Shown in pieces: positions 10,241 through 19,152 of a stretch of DNA of 61,674 nt. The stretch spans positions 1 to 61,674 of the forward strand of contig LKMK01000001.1 in NCBI GenBank assembly GCA_001563805.1, given 5' to 3'. Within the stretch, counting starts at the first letter, position 1, and each line of letters starts with the position of its first letter. Source of the stretch: Natrialbaceae archaeon B1-Br10_E2g2. Lineage in GTDB: Archaea; Halobacteriota; Halobacteria; Halobacteriales; Natrialbaceae. Position numbers and translations under genes: made by a program. The notes beneath the pieces are model-generated. The model did no database searches, was not told the DNA's origin, and saw only the letters and a program-made list of their open reading frames with translations.

Positions 10241-11322
10241 GCCTCAGCCTCAAATCCCTCTTGAAACGCGGACCAAGCCACCGGGACCGTTTAGAATCGA
10301 TCGATCGGAAGATCGTCGTCTCGGGAACTCGTGGGAAATCGACGCTGACGAAGTGGATCTACGAGACGTTCCACAGCCGTGGATACGATGTTACTGGGAA
10401 GATTACAGGGAACAAACCTGTGACCATCCACTCAGGAGATGTGAAACCTATCGAGCGCGATGGACGGGTGACACTCTATGAGAACGTCGAGGAGGTGAAG
10501 AAACACAAACCATCTGACGTGCTGGTCATGGAGAACCAGGCAATCACTCCGTACACGACACGATTGGTTAACCAGGAGTTCGGTGACGCTGATATTGTAG
10601 TCCTCAGTAACATCAGAGAAGATCATCTTTCCACCCTCGGTAAAAACCTGGCCGACATCACTCAATCCTTTGCTCAGTCGATTCCCTCCGGAACTCACGT
10701 GGTCAATGCCGAGCGGGACCCTCACATCAGATCGTTCCTCGAATCGGAACTCGACCGAATCGGCTCATCGATAAGCCACGTCACGGTCCCACGATCTGAA
10801 GGTCACATCCCGGGCATCGAGTCAGTATACGCGCTCAACCACGTTCTCACCGCAGCAGGTGAAGACCCGGTTCCGCAAGACAAACTCGATGCATACCGGG
10901 AGAAGATGGCCGTCACGTGGACAGAACTTCCTGATGGCTTGGTCTATAACGCTGCAGAAGTGAATGACGTCCAGAGCACCGAGTTGATCAGACGATCCCT
11001 CACCCGTGACACTGAGACCCCGATCCAACCGTTCCTCTACCTCAGGGGAGATCGGCGTGGCAGGACGGTTTCGTTCCTGCGATACCTCAGCGACCGCTAT
11101 GAAGAGGACGCGTTCGACACCGTTCACGTCGCAGGTGATGACGTCAACGTTTTCAAACGAAAAGCAGACTTCCCGGTCGAGGTACATACCGAGAAGGATG
11201 CCGGTACAGTTCTCGATCAGTTGCTCGAGGACGAACTCCCCGTGTATATCATGGGGAACACCGTCTCGCAGTTCATGCGTGACCTGGACGATGAGATAGA
11301 ACGGAGATGTATCAGCGAGTAA
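10237..11322 (+). CDS. capB: Poly-gamma-glutamate synthetase PgsB/CapB-like Mur-ligase-fold ATP-dependent amide ligase
   Basis: P-loop VSGTRGKST, GKITG, VMENQAI, NIREDHL, NAAEVNDVQST, RGDRRGRT; ATGA overlap with capC. Confidence 0.85.
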   Translation: MSLSLKSLLKRGPSHRDRLESIDRKIVVSGTRGKSTLTKWIYETFHSRGYDVTGKITGNKPVTIHSGDVKPIERDGRVTLYENVEEVKKHKPSDVLVMENQAITPYTTRLVNQEFGDADIVVLSNIREDHLSTLGKNLADITQSFAQSIPSGTHVVNAERDPHIRSFLESELDRIGSSISHVTVPRSEGHIPGIESVYALNHVLTAAGEDPVPQDKLDAYREKMAVTWTELPDGLVYNAAEVNDVQSTELIRRSLTRDTETPIQPFLYLRGDRRGRTVSFLRYLSDRYEEDAFDTVHVAGDDVNVFKRKADFPVEVHTEKDAGTVLDQLLEDELPVYIMGNTVSQFMRDLDDEIERRCISE

Positions 11323-11656
11323 CGTTATCGGACCCTTCGAGGTCTCGATAAACTCGTTGAACCGTTACTCCCACATCCAGCCCCTGTCTTGGGAGTTGGG
11401 CGAAACTGACGGACAAGCTCCGCGTGAGTGCGGCGATTCGACAGCCGACGTTTCACTCTAAATACTCGCCGTAATCGGGTTGAGATCTCTCGAGATTGGG
11501 CGACTGTCTGTCGTACCGATGGACGAGAGGCCGTCGCGGCCCCTTGGAGGAGTACCCACGGGGCCGAAGGGTGCAGAAGTCGACGACAGAGGGATGCTCA
11601 CTCGAAGACTGGGAAAATGGAACCGATCCGAGCGAATCGACGGCGAACGGAGCGGG

Positions 11657-11914
11657 TTACTGGATCGAGTAGCCTGCCGCGACGGTCAACAGTAAGACCA
11701 TGAACACGGCGATGACCATCATGTAGGTGATCGAGCGTGGTTCTTCGATCAAATGCTGGTAGTACCCGGCGATAAGCAACGTCTTCGCGATCGCCAGCAC
11801 GAACGTTGCCGCCAGGGCGATGTCGTACGGGGTGAATTCGAAGAACGCGAACTTGCCCGTCCCCAGCACCAACAGCGCGACGTAAATGAGGGTGTAGGTT
11901 CGAACGTCAGCCAT
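11657..11914 (-). CDS. coxD: Cytochrome c oxidase subunit IV family protein
   Basis: 85 aa, three hydrophobic segments, AIAKTLLIAGYYQHL motif (COX IV pattern K...F/Y-x-HL); start ATG 11914. Confidence 0.8.
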   Translation of the reverse strand: MADVRTYTLIYVALLVLGTGKFAFFEFTPYDIALAATFVLAIAKTLLIAGYYQHLIEEPRSITYMMVIAVFMVLLLTVAAGYSIQ

Positions 11915-12128
11915 TGCTACAACCTCTGTGTGACGGGCACTTATACCTTCCTCATACGAGTGACCGCTTCGCACCGAGTGAGCCACGCCCCGGCATTCGA
12001 CACGTTCGATTCGCGCGAAAATACAGTCGACCACTGACGTGATAGTCCGCTAACGGGAGGCGCTATTCGAGTGGCTCGGGCGATCGGATACCCAGAATGT
12101 CTTTATTCGATGACTGCCACCCACACGT

Positions 12129-13745
12129 ATGTGCGCCCGTGGACCGACCGCCCGTCGGTGCTTCGTTCTCGTCGTCTGTCTGTTGCTCGTCACCGCGTCA
12201 GTGCCCGGCGCGGCCATGGCGGTCGGCAGTGACAGTCACGTGGCCGAGCCGGCTGCCGTCGACGTCCAGAACGCCCTCGAGGTCGACGACGGGCTAGCCG
12301 AACTCGACTCGAGTGAACTCGTCGTGCGCCTCGAGGAAGCGCCGCTCGATGACGCGGGCGATACGGAACGACAGCTCGAACGCCACGCCGACCGAACACA
12401 GGAACCGGTTCTCGAGTACGTCGCGGAGACTCCCGGCGTCGACGTCGCTGAGGAGTTCTGGGTGACCAACGCCATAGTTCTGGAACTCGAGACCGACGCC
12501 ATCGATGAAGACGTGCTCGCGGCACTCGAGCGGATCGACGACGTCGAGGCGGTCCACGAGAACTTCGAACTGTCCGCACCGAACCCGCCGGGGCCGAGGA
12601 CGCCGGCCGACCCGTCGCCACCCGACGGCGGTGACGAGGGGCCACAAACGACTGCAGGGATCGAGTACGTGAACGTCCCGTCCGTCTGGGAGCGATACGA
12701 CACGCGCGGTGACGGCGTCCGCGTCGCCGTCCTCGACACCGGCATCGAGGCCGATCACCCTGACCTCGAGCTGTACACCGACACGCCGGGCGACCCGACG
12801 TATCCGGGCGGCTGGGCGGAGTTCGACGAAACCGGCGAGCGGGTCACCGGCTCGACGCCATACGACACCGGCCGTCACGGCACCCACGTCAGCGGAACGG
12901 TCGCGGGCGGCGCAGCAAGCGGCACTGCGATCGGCGTCGCGCCCGAGGCCAAGTTGCTCCACGGGCTGGTGCTGGACGACGACGGCGGGACGTTCGCCCA
13001 GCTCGTCGCCGGCATCGAGTGGGCACTCGAGTCGGACGCCGACGTGATCAACCTCAGCCTCGGCTCCCCTGGGATCTACGACCAGTTTATCGATCCAATC
13101 TATCACGCGGCCGAGAGTGACGTCGTCGTCGTTACGGCGATCGGTAACCAGGGGGCGGATACGTCCAACGCTCCGGGAAACGTTTACGGGACGATTAGCG
13201 TCGGTGCCGTGACCGACGACGGAGCGGTCGCGAGTTTCTCCGGCGGCGATCGAATCAATCGCTCGGACTGGAAGTCAGTGCCCGAGGGCTGGCCGGAAAC
13301 GTACACCGTACCGACCGTCGTCGCACCCGGCGTCGGGGTCACGAGCACCGTCCCAGGCGGCTACGCCGACAAACCAGGGACCTCGATGGCCACGCCACAC
13401 GTCGCCGGCATCGCGGCGCTGTTGCTGTCGGCCGACCCGGACGCGAGCCCCGAAGCGCTCTCGACCGCACTGACCGAGACGGCCTGGAAGCCCGACGGCG
13501 AATCGCTCGAGCAGGACACCCGGTACGGCTACGGCATCGTCGACGCGGAAGCCGCGGCCGACGAACTGGTCGATCGGGAGCCCGGAGAACGGGGTGAATC
13601 GCCGGCCGTCGAGACCGAAGCGAACGGTGACCTGACACCCACGGACGACCACGACTGGCTGGTGGCGGTCGGTCTCCTCATCGGTACCCTCGCCGTCGTC
13701 GCTGCCATCGTCACTGTCGTCCGATTACGCTCTGGCCGTCCGTAA
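12129..13745 (+). CDS. S8 family subtilisin-like serine protease, exported, with C-terminal membrane anchor
   Basis: Triad motifs VAVLDTG, HGTHVSG, GTSMATPHVAG; N-terminal RR plus hydrophobic signal, propeptide, C-terminal TM followed by RLR; TTTATT about 25 nt upstream. Confidence 0.92.
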   Translation: MCARGPTARRCFVLVVCLLLVTASVPGAAMAVGSDSHVAEPAAVDVQNALEVDDGLAELDSSELVVRLEEAPLDDAGDTERQLERHADRTQEPVLEYVAETPGVDVAEEFWVTNAIVLELETDAIDEDVLAALERIDDVEAVHENFELSAPNPPGPRTPADPSPPDGGDEGPQTTAGIEYVNVPSVWERYDTRGDGVRVAVLDTGIEADHPDLELYTDTPGDPTYPGGWAEFDETGERVTGSTPYDTGRHGTHVSGTVAGGAASGTAIGVAPEAKLLHGLVLDDDGGTFAQLVAGIEWALESDADVINLSLGSPGIYDQFIDPIYHAAESDVVVVTAIGNQGADTSNAPGNVYGTISVGAVTDDGAVASFSGGDRINRSDWKSVPEGWPETYTVPTVVAPGVGVTSTVPGGYADKPGTSMATPHVAGIAALLLSADPDASPEALSTALTETAWKPDGESLEQDTRYGYGIVDAEAAADELVDREPGERGESPAVETEANGDLTPTDDHDWLVAVGLLIGTLAVVAAIVTVVRLRSGRP

Positions 13746-14217
13746 GGGCCACCCGGGTCGCGTCTCGACACTCCGGCCCGTAAGGAAACTGGCGACACGA
13801 GGGAGCCACGGCGTATCGACGTTGGCCGACCGATGGTCCAGTCCCGGTAGCGAGTGGTGGTCGCTGGCCGACGGCACTCGAGTACGATCGCTGTTTCTGC
13901 TCGCACTGTCTCCCAGCAGCCAGGGTGAGGGCTCGCCGCCGCTGCATGGTGTATGGACGTCGAGCCTTCGCTGGAAAGGCAGCCAACCACCGTCCGTCGG
14001 ACCGCCGACCCGGTCTCCCAACACGGTATGAGGGCCGATAGCGGCCGGTCGAACCCCGACGGTCAGTAAACGGGCTCCGTGTCCCTTCCCACTCGAGAGG
14101 GCTGGCGCACGCTCGAGAAGACTGGTGAGTGCTCCCGAACGGCGAGTCGGTCGTCGTACTGATGGCTTCTGGAACTGGCTCGAAAAAACGGCGTCGAGAC
14201 GACGTAGCGCCGGGGCG

Positions 14218-16680
14218 CTACATCAGGTAGAACAGCGGGAAGAGGAACACCCAGACGATGTCGACGAAGTGCCAGTAGAGGCCGAAGAACTCCACTGGCC
14301 GGTGGTCTTCCATGTAGGCGTCGATGCTCACGATCCGGTAGATCATGAACAGGGCGATCAGCACGCCGATGATGACGTGCAGCGCGTGGAGTCCAGTCGT
14401 CACGAAGTAGATGGAGTGTTCGATGCTGGTCCACCAGTACTCGCCGATCTGGAACTTGTAGTTGTACTCGTAGGCTTTGACGCCCATGAACGTGAGCGCG
14501 AGCAGGAGCGTCGCACCCATCGCACCGAGCAGCCCCTTCTTGTTCTGGCGCTCGGCGAACACCAGTGCCAGGATGACCGTGAAACTCGAGGTCAACAGCA
14601 CGTAGGTGTTGAGCAGTCCGGGCCAGGACGCAAAGGGCACGGTGGTCCACTCGCCCCAGCCGTGGTGCAAGCGCATGAAGATGTACGCCCCGATGATCGC
14701 TCCGAAGACGACCACGTCGGAGGCGAGGAACACCCACACGCCCATCTTCGTGTTGCCGACGCCCTCGAACGGCCAGCGCTCGGCGATGGCCATCTCGGGG
14801 GCGTTGAACTCCTCGACGCCGAACTTAAACAGCGTGACCCCAAGTAGGACGACTCCGAGTGCCGTCAGGGCCGGATAGACGATGTTCGGATCGGGTGCGC
14901 CGACGACAGCGTGGTCACGTGCATCGGCGAACTCGACGAGATACGACGTGATCCCCGACAGGCCGAGGAAGAACACGAACGTCGCAACGCCGATGCCGAA
15001 CGGCCAGATACTGGCGTGGTCGGCGTGTTCTTCCTCGTGACCGACGGCGTCGGCTTCCGCACCGTGTGCGACGCCGCCGTCGGTCGCCGCCTTCGTCTCG
15101 TCGACGAACTCGAGTCGACCGGTCGCGTACGTCGGCCGGCCACCCCAGTTCTCGAGCGGTGGCGGCGAGGGAACGGCCCACTCCGCAGTGCGGGAGTACT
15201 CCCACGGGTTATCGGGGGCGTCGGGGCCGTACTTGAGACTGTGCAGGAGCGTTCCGATCATGATGAGGAACGAGATGCCGAAGACGAACGCTCCGACCGT
15301 CGAGATCTGGTGGTAAATCTGCATTCCCTCGGCGAAGTGGAAGACACGCCGGGGCGTCTCCCAGGCGAGGAACTGCGGGAAGTACAGCAGGTTGAAGCCG
15401 ATGAAGTAGACGGCGAACGTGAGCTTTCCGAGCGCCTCGGAGTACATCTTCCCGGTGATCTTCGGCCACCAGTAGAAGAGGCCGCCGACCAGTGCCGTCA
15501 CCCCGGAGACCATCACGTAGTGGAAGTGAGCGACGACCCAGTAGGTGCCGCGGAACTCGTAGTCGAGCACGACGGCACCGAGGAAGACCCCGGTGATACC
15601 GCCGAGGATGAACAACACGAGGGCGCCGAGGCTGAACAGGAACGGCGTCGTGAACCGAACCCGGCCTTTGACCATCGTGTAGATGAGCGCGAAGACCATC
15701 AGGTCGAACGGTAACGAGATCCCGATGGTCGTCGCCATCATCAGCGTCTTGATCTCGAGGTTAATCGTCGTCAGGAACATGTGGTGCATCCAGACGAGGA
15801 ACGACTGGACGGCCACGAGAACCATCGCGATGATGACCCACTTTCGGCCGACGAGCCGTCGTCCCGTGAACGTCTGGAACGTCTCGAACATGACCCCGAG
15901 CGCCGGGAAGAAGACGATGTACACCTCCGGATGGCCGAAGAACCAGAAGATGTGCGCCCATAGCAGCCCCGAACCCTGTTCGGCCGCGAAGTACGTGGTC
16001 AGGAACAGCCGGTCGGAGAGCTGCAACAGCAGCGCCGCGAGCAGTGCGGCGAAGGCGAACAGCATCATCCAGACCGTGAGCAGCCACGACCAGGTGAAAA
16101 GCGGCATGTTCCACAGACCCAGCCCCTCAGCGCGCGAGCGGTGGATCGTGACCATGAAGTTCACGGTACCGATCGTGATCGAGATCACGAACAGCGTCAG
16201 CCCGAGAATCGTCGCGTTTCCACCTGTTGTCGCCTGCATCGCGGGCGTGTACGTGGGAACGTTCAGCGGTGCGTACATCGTCCAGCCACCGGCGAACGTC
16301 CCACCCTGGAAGAACGAGATGCCGACCAGGAGTCCCGAGAACAGGTAGAACCAGTAGGTCAGGGCGTTCAAACGCGGGAACGCGAGGTCGTCAGCCCCGA
16401 TCTGGAGCGGGACGAAGTAGTTGGCGAACCCGGCCGCAAAGGGCGAGAGGAACAGGAACACCATCGCAAAGCCGTGAGCCGTCACGGCCTGGTTGTACTC
16501 GCTCCCGTCGAGCAGGCCGATCCCACCCGACTCCCAGAGGTGCAGTCGGAAGAGCAAGGCGAGGACACCGCCGAACAGGAGGAAGAACAGTGCGGTGATC
16601 AGGTACAGAATCCCGACGTCCTTGTGGTTCGTCGTAACGAGCCACCGCTTGACCGAGGTCATCGGCGGGAGGTCACTCAT
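14218..16680 (-). CDS. coxAC: Heme-copper terminal oxidase, fused subunit I + subunit III
   Basis: NHKDVG, WFFGHPEVY, WMHHMF, AHFHYV in subunit I; TGLHALHV and YWHFVDIVW in subunit III. Confidence 0.95.
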   Translation of the reverse strand: MSDLPPMTSVKRWLVTTNHKDVGILYLITALFFLLFGGVLALLFRLHLWESGGIGLLDGSEYNQAVTAHGFAMVFLFLSPFAAGFANYFVPLQIGADDLAFPRLNALTYWFYLFSGLLVGISFFQGGTFAGGWTMYAPLNVPTYTPAMQATTGGNATILGLTLFVISITIGTVNFMVTIHRSRAEGLGLWNMPLFTWSWLLTVWMMLFAFAALLAALLLQLSDRLFLTTYFAAEQGSGLLWAHIFWFFGHPEVYIVFFPALGVMFETFQTFTGRRLVGRKWVIIAMVLVAVQSFLVWMHHMFLTTINLEIKTLMMATTIGISLPFDLMVFALIYTMVKGRVRFTTPFLFSLGALVLFILGGITGVFLGAVVLDYEFRGTYWVVAHFHYVMVSGVTALVGGLFYWWPKITGKMYSEALGKLTFAVYFIGFNLLYFPQFLAWETPRRVFHFAEGMQIYHQISTVGAFVFGISFLIMIGTLLHSLKYGPDAPDNPWEYSRTAEWAVPSPPPLENWGGRPTYATGRLEFVDETKAATDGGVAHGAEADAVGHEEEHADHASIWPFGIGVATFVFFLGLSGITSYLVEFADARDHAVVGAPDPNIVYPALTALGVVLLGVTLFKFGVEEFNAPEMAIAERWPFEGVGNTKMGVWVFLASDVVVFGAIIGAYIFMRLHHGWGEWTTVPFASWPGLLNTYVLLTSSFTVILALVFAERQNKKGLLGAMGATLLLALTFMGVKAYEYNYKFQIGEYWWTSIEHSIYFVTTGLHALHVIIGVLIALFMIYRIVSIDAYMEDHRPVEFFGLYWHFVDIVWVFLFPLFYLM

Positions 16681-17747
16681 TCGTCGTCACCTCCGTCGTC
16701 GCTCTGTTCCTCGTCGTCGGTCGATTCGTCGTCCGTCTCTTCATCGTCTGTGTCGTCGTCCGTTTCTTCGTCTTCGTCATTGTCGTCTTCACCGTCCGAA
16801 AGCTCGAGCGTAAAGGTCTCGTCAGTCGGCCCGGTGAAGTCGATCGAGTCTTCGACGTCGTCGAACTCGTCGTCGGTCGACGAAATCGTCACGTCGTACG
16901 GTCCACCCTGTTCGATCTCGTCGATCGTGATCGAGCCGTTCTCGAACTCGTCGTCGGCGTACGTGAAGCTGAGATCCTCGTCGAACTCGTCGTTCTCCTG
17001 GTGTTCGAGTGCGACCTCGAAGCCGTCGGTGACTCGCTCTTCGTTCTCGTCCTCGAGAGTGATCGTCAGGGTTAGCTGCTCGTCGACCCACTCTTCGTAT
17101 TCCTCCGGCGGGAGCACTGTCACGTCGGCGTCCATGTCAGAGTGGCCGACGCCGCACAGTTCGAAACACTCGGCGACGTGCTCGCCGGGTTCTTCGGCGA
17201 CGAACCAGGTGTCGTCGTACTCACCCGGAATCGAGTCTGCTTTCACCCGGAGGTCGGAGATGCCGAACGTGTGCCAGACGTCCGTCGACGTCACCTCGAT
17301 CCAGATCGGTTCATCAGCCGGGATGACCATGTCGTTGGTCGTTTCGATACCGTTGTCGTAGTAGAAGTCCCAGCCGAACGCCCAGCCTTCGATCTCCATC
17401 TCGATCGCATCTTCCGGATTGTTGTCGGGGCCGTCCTCGACGTAAAGCAGCATGCCGTACGTCCAGATGACCAGCGAGATGACGATGATGGCACTCAAGC
17501 CGAACGATAAGAACAGTTTCTTTCCACCTTTACCACCTGTCGGTAACTCCCCGAGGGTTGGCAGATCCTCGTCGTCGTCGACCTCGCCGCTGTCACGATA
17601 CTTGTACGCGTTGTACAAGGTGTACGCGATGACGACGACGCCGACGAGCGTGCCGAGTCCGAGGAAAACGAGGAAGATGTCCTCGAACACGTCAACGCGC
17701 GTCTGCACCTCCATCGGGGTTGCTATTGCGCTGTAGATTGTATTCAC
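16677..17747 (-). CDS. coxB: Cytochrome c oxidase subunit II (CuA) with C-terminal extension; start may be ATG 17714
   Basis: Two TM helices, DVWHTF, CFELCGVGHSDM CuA motif; ATGA overlap with coxAC. Confidence 0.93.
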   Translation of the reverse strand: MNTIYSAIATPMEVQTRVDVFEDIFLVFLGLGTLVGVVVIAYTLYNAYKYRDSGEVDDDEDLPTLGELPTGGKGGKKLFLSFGLSAIIVISLVIWTYGMLLYVEDGPDNNPEDAIEMEIEGWAFGWDFYYDNGIETTNDMVIPADEPIWIEVTSTDVWHTFGISDLRVKADSIPGEYDDTWFVAEEPGEHVAECFELCGVGHSDMDADVTVLPPEEYEEWVDEQLTLTITLEDENEERVTDGFEVALEHQENDEFDEDLSFTYADDEFENGSITIDEIEQGGPYDVTISSTDDEFDDVEDSIDFTGPTDETFTLELSDGEDDNDEDEETDDDTDDEETDDESTDDEEQSDDGGDDE

Positions 17748-17778
17748 CTCTATTGAAGTCCGTCTATATGTCGGGTGA

Positions 17779-17812
17779 TGGTTTCCGGGACCACTTATCT
17801 ATTTGGAAACCA
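17779..17812. promoter_or_regulatory. Inverted repeat flanking the putative cox promoter
   Basis: TGGTTTCC (17779-17786), 18 nt containing TTATCTATTT, then GGAAACCA (17805-17812). Confidence 0.4.
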
Positions 17813-18092
17813 GCCAGCGGCGGCCGACCGCCTGTGTGACACCAGCCGGTTCAGCAACACGACGTCGGCGTCCCTATTTCACGGTCCTCTATTTGACCCG
17901 TAGGGTTGCTCCCTCTTTTCTTTATCGTTATTTCACGATCGTTATGTCGGGTTTGAACACTGTTGCCCGGCACCACGACCGTGAAGACGAACATATTCGG
18001 CCCGAGTACCGTCGCGGTCGCCGGTCGAGCGAGGCCCAGAATTCGCACGCGCCGGCGTAAGAGTCTATATCACTGATCACGAACGTTCACGT

Positions 18093-18377
18093 ATGCCAGA
18101 AGAGGTTCTGTTCAAATTCGAGCGCCGCATGACGACCGACGACATCGCGACCTACCTCCGGACCGTCGCGGACAACCTCGAGCGCGGCGAGTCGATCACG
18201 CTCGAGGCCGGGGACGAATCCGTAACGATGGAGCCACCGGCCCGTCCCACTTTCGAAATCAAAGCCGAGCGCGAAACCTCGAGCTCCGGCGGCCCGGCCG
18301 AACTCAGCGTCGAGTTCGAACTCGAGTGGGACGAAGGCGACGAAAGCGGCGAGGGGGGCGACCTGCGGATCGATTGA
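18093..18377 (+). CDS. Amphi-Trp domain protein
   Basis: IATYLRTVADNL amphipathic helix and C-terminal SVEFELEW. Confidence 0.85.
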   Translation: MPEEVLFKFERRMTTDDIATYLRTVADNLERGESITLEAGDESVTMEPPARPTFEIKAERETSSSGGPAELSVEFELEWDEGDESGEGGDLRID

Positions 18378-18512
18378 CCGGGCCACGACCGTCGTGCAGT
18401 CTCCCCGCGGCCGTCCTCGTCCAGACTGACGATCGAGGACGTCGATTCGATCCCCTCGTGTCGGCAAGCACATTTCTTTAAGCCTTTATGCAGTGATGGA
18501 GAACGACAGCGT

Positions 18513-19148
18513 ATGGCACAGCCACGAATCCTGATCCTGGGTGCCCCAGGTGCAGGCAAAGGGACTCAGAGTGCGAAGATCACCGAGGCGTTCGACGTCG
18601 AACACGTCACGACTGGCGACGCCCTGCGGTCGAACAAGGGGATGGACATCTCCGACATGGACACCGAGTACGACACCCCCGGTGAGTACATGGACCAGGG
18701 CGAACTCGTCCCCGACGCGGTCGTCAACGCGATCGTCGACGAGGCGCTCTCGCAAGCGGGCGGCTTCGTCCTCGACGGCTACCCGCGAAACCTCGAGCAG
18801 GCCGAAGAACTCGAGGGCATGACCGACCTGGACATCGTGCTCATGCTCGACGTCAGCGAGGAGGAACTCGTGCACCGCCTGACCGGCCGCCGGATGGACC
18901 CCGAGACGGGCGACATCTACCACGTCGAGTACAACCCGCCGGAGGACCCCGAGGTCGAGGAGCGACTCGTCCAGCGCGACGACGACGACGAAGACACCGT
19001 CCGCGAACGACTCAGCGTCTACCGGGAGAACACGGAACCGGTGATCGAACACTACGAAGAACAGGGCGTGCTCGAGCGCGTCGACGGCGAGCAGGCACCC
19101 GACGAGGTTTGGGAAGCGGTCAAAGCGACGATCGAAGACGCGGCGTAA
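18513..19148 (+). CDS. adk: Adenylate kinase
   Basis: [29 protein letters not shown]. Confidence 0.97.
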   Translation: MAQPRILILGAPGAGKGTQSAKITEAFDVEHVTTGDALRSNKGMDISDMDTEYDTPGEYMDQGELVPDAVVNAIVDEALSQAGGFVLDGYPRNLEQAEELEGMTDLDIVLMLDVSEEELVHRLTGRRMDPETGDIYHVEYNPPEDPEVEERLVQRDDDDEDTVRERLSVYRENTEPVIEHYEEQGVLERVDGEQAPDEVWEAVKATIEDAA

Positions 19149-19152
19149 ACCG

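Larger units (their letters stand above)
8171..11400. mobile_element. Low-GC genomic islet (probable horizontal acquisition) carrying cap/pgs genes; boundaries approximate
   Basis: Hand-counted 60-mers: 30/60 GC at 9061 and 27/60 at 10561 versus 37/60 in secY at 7441; A/T-ending codons; no integrase or transposase seen. Confidence 0.55.

Noticed and set aside
13746-14217. Possible small cox accessory gene between the protease and coxAC
   Set aside because: No frame gave an acidic, membrane-like or motif-bearing product
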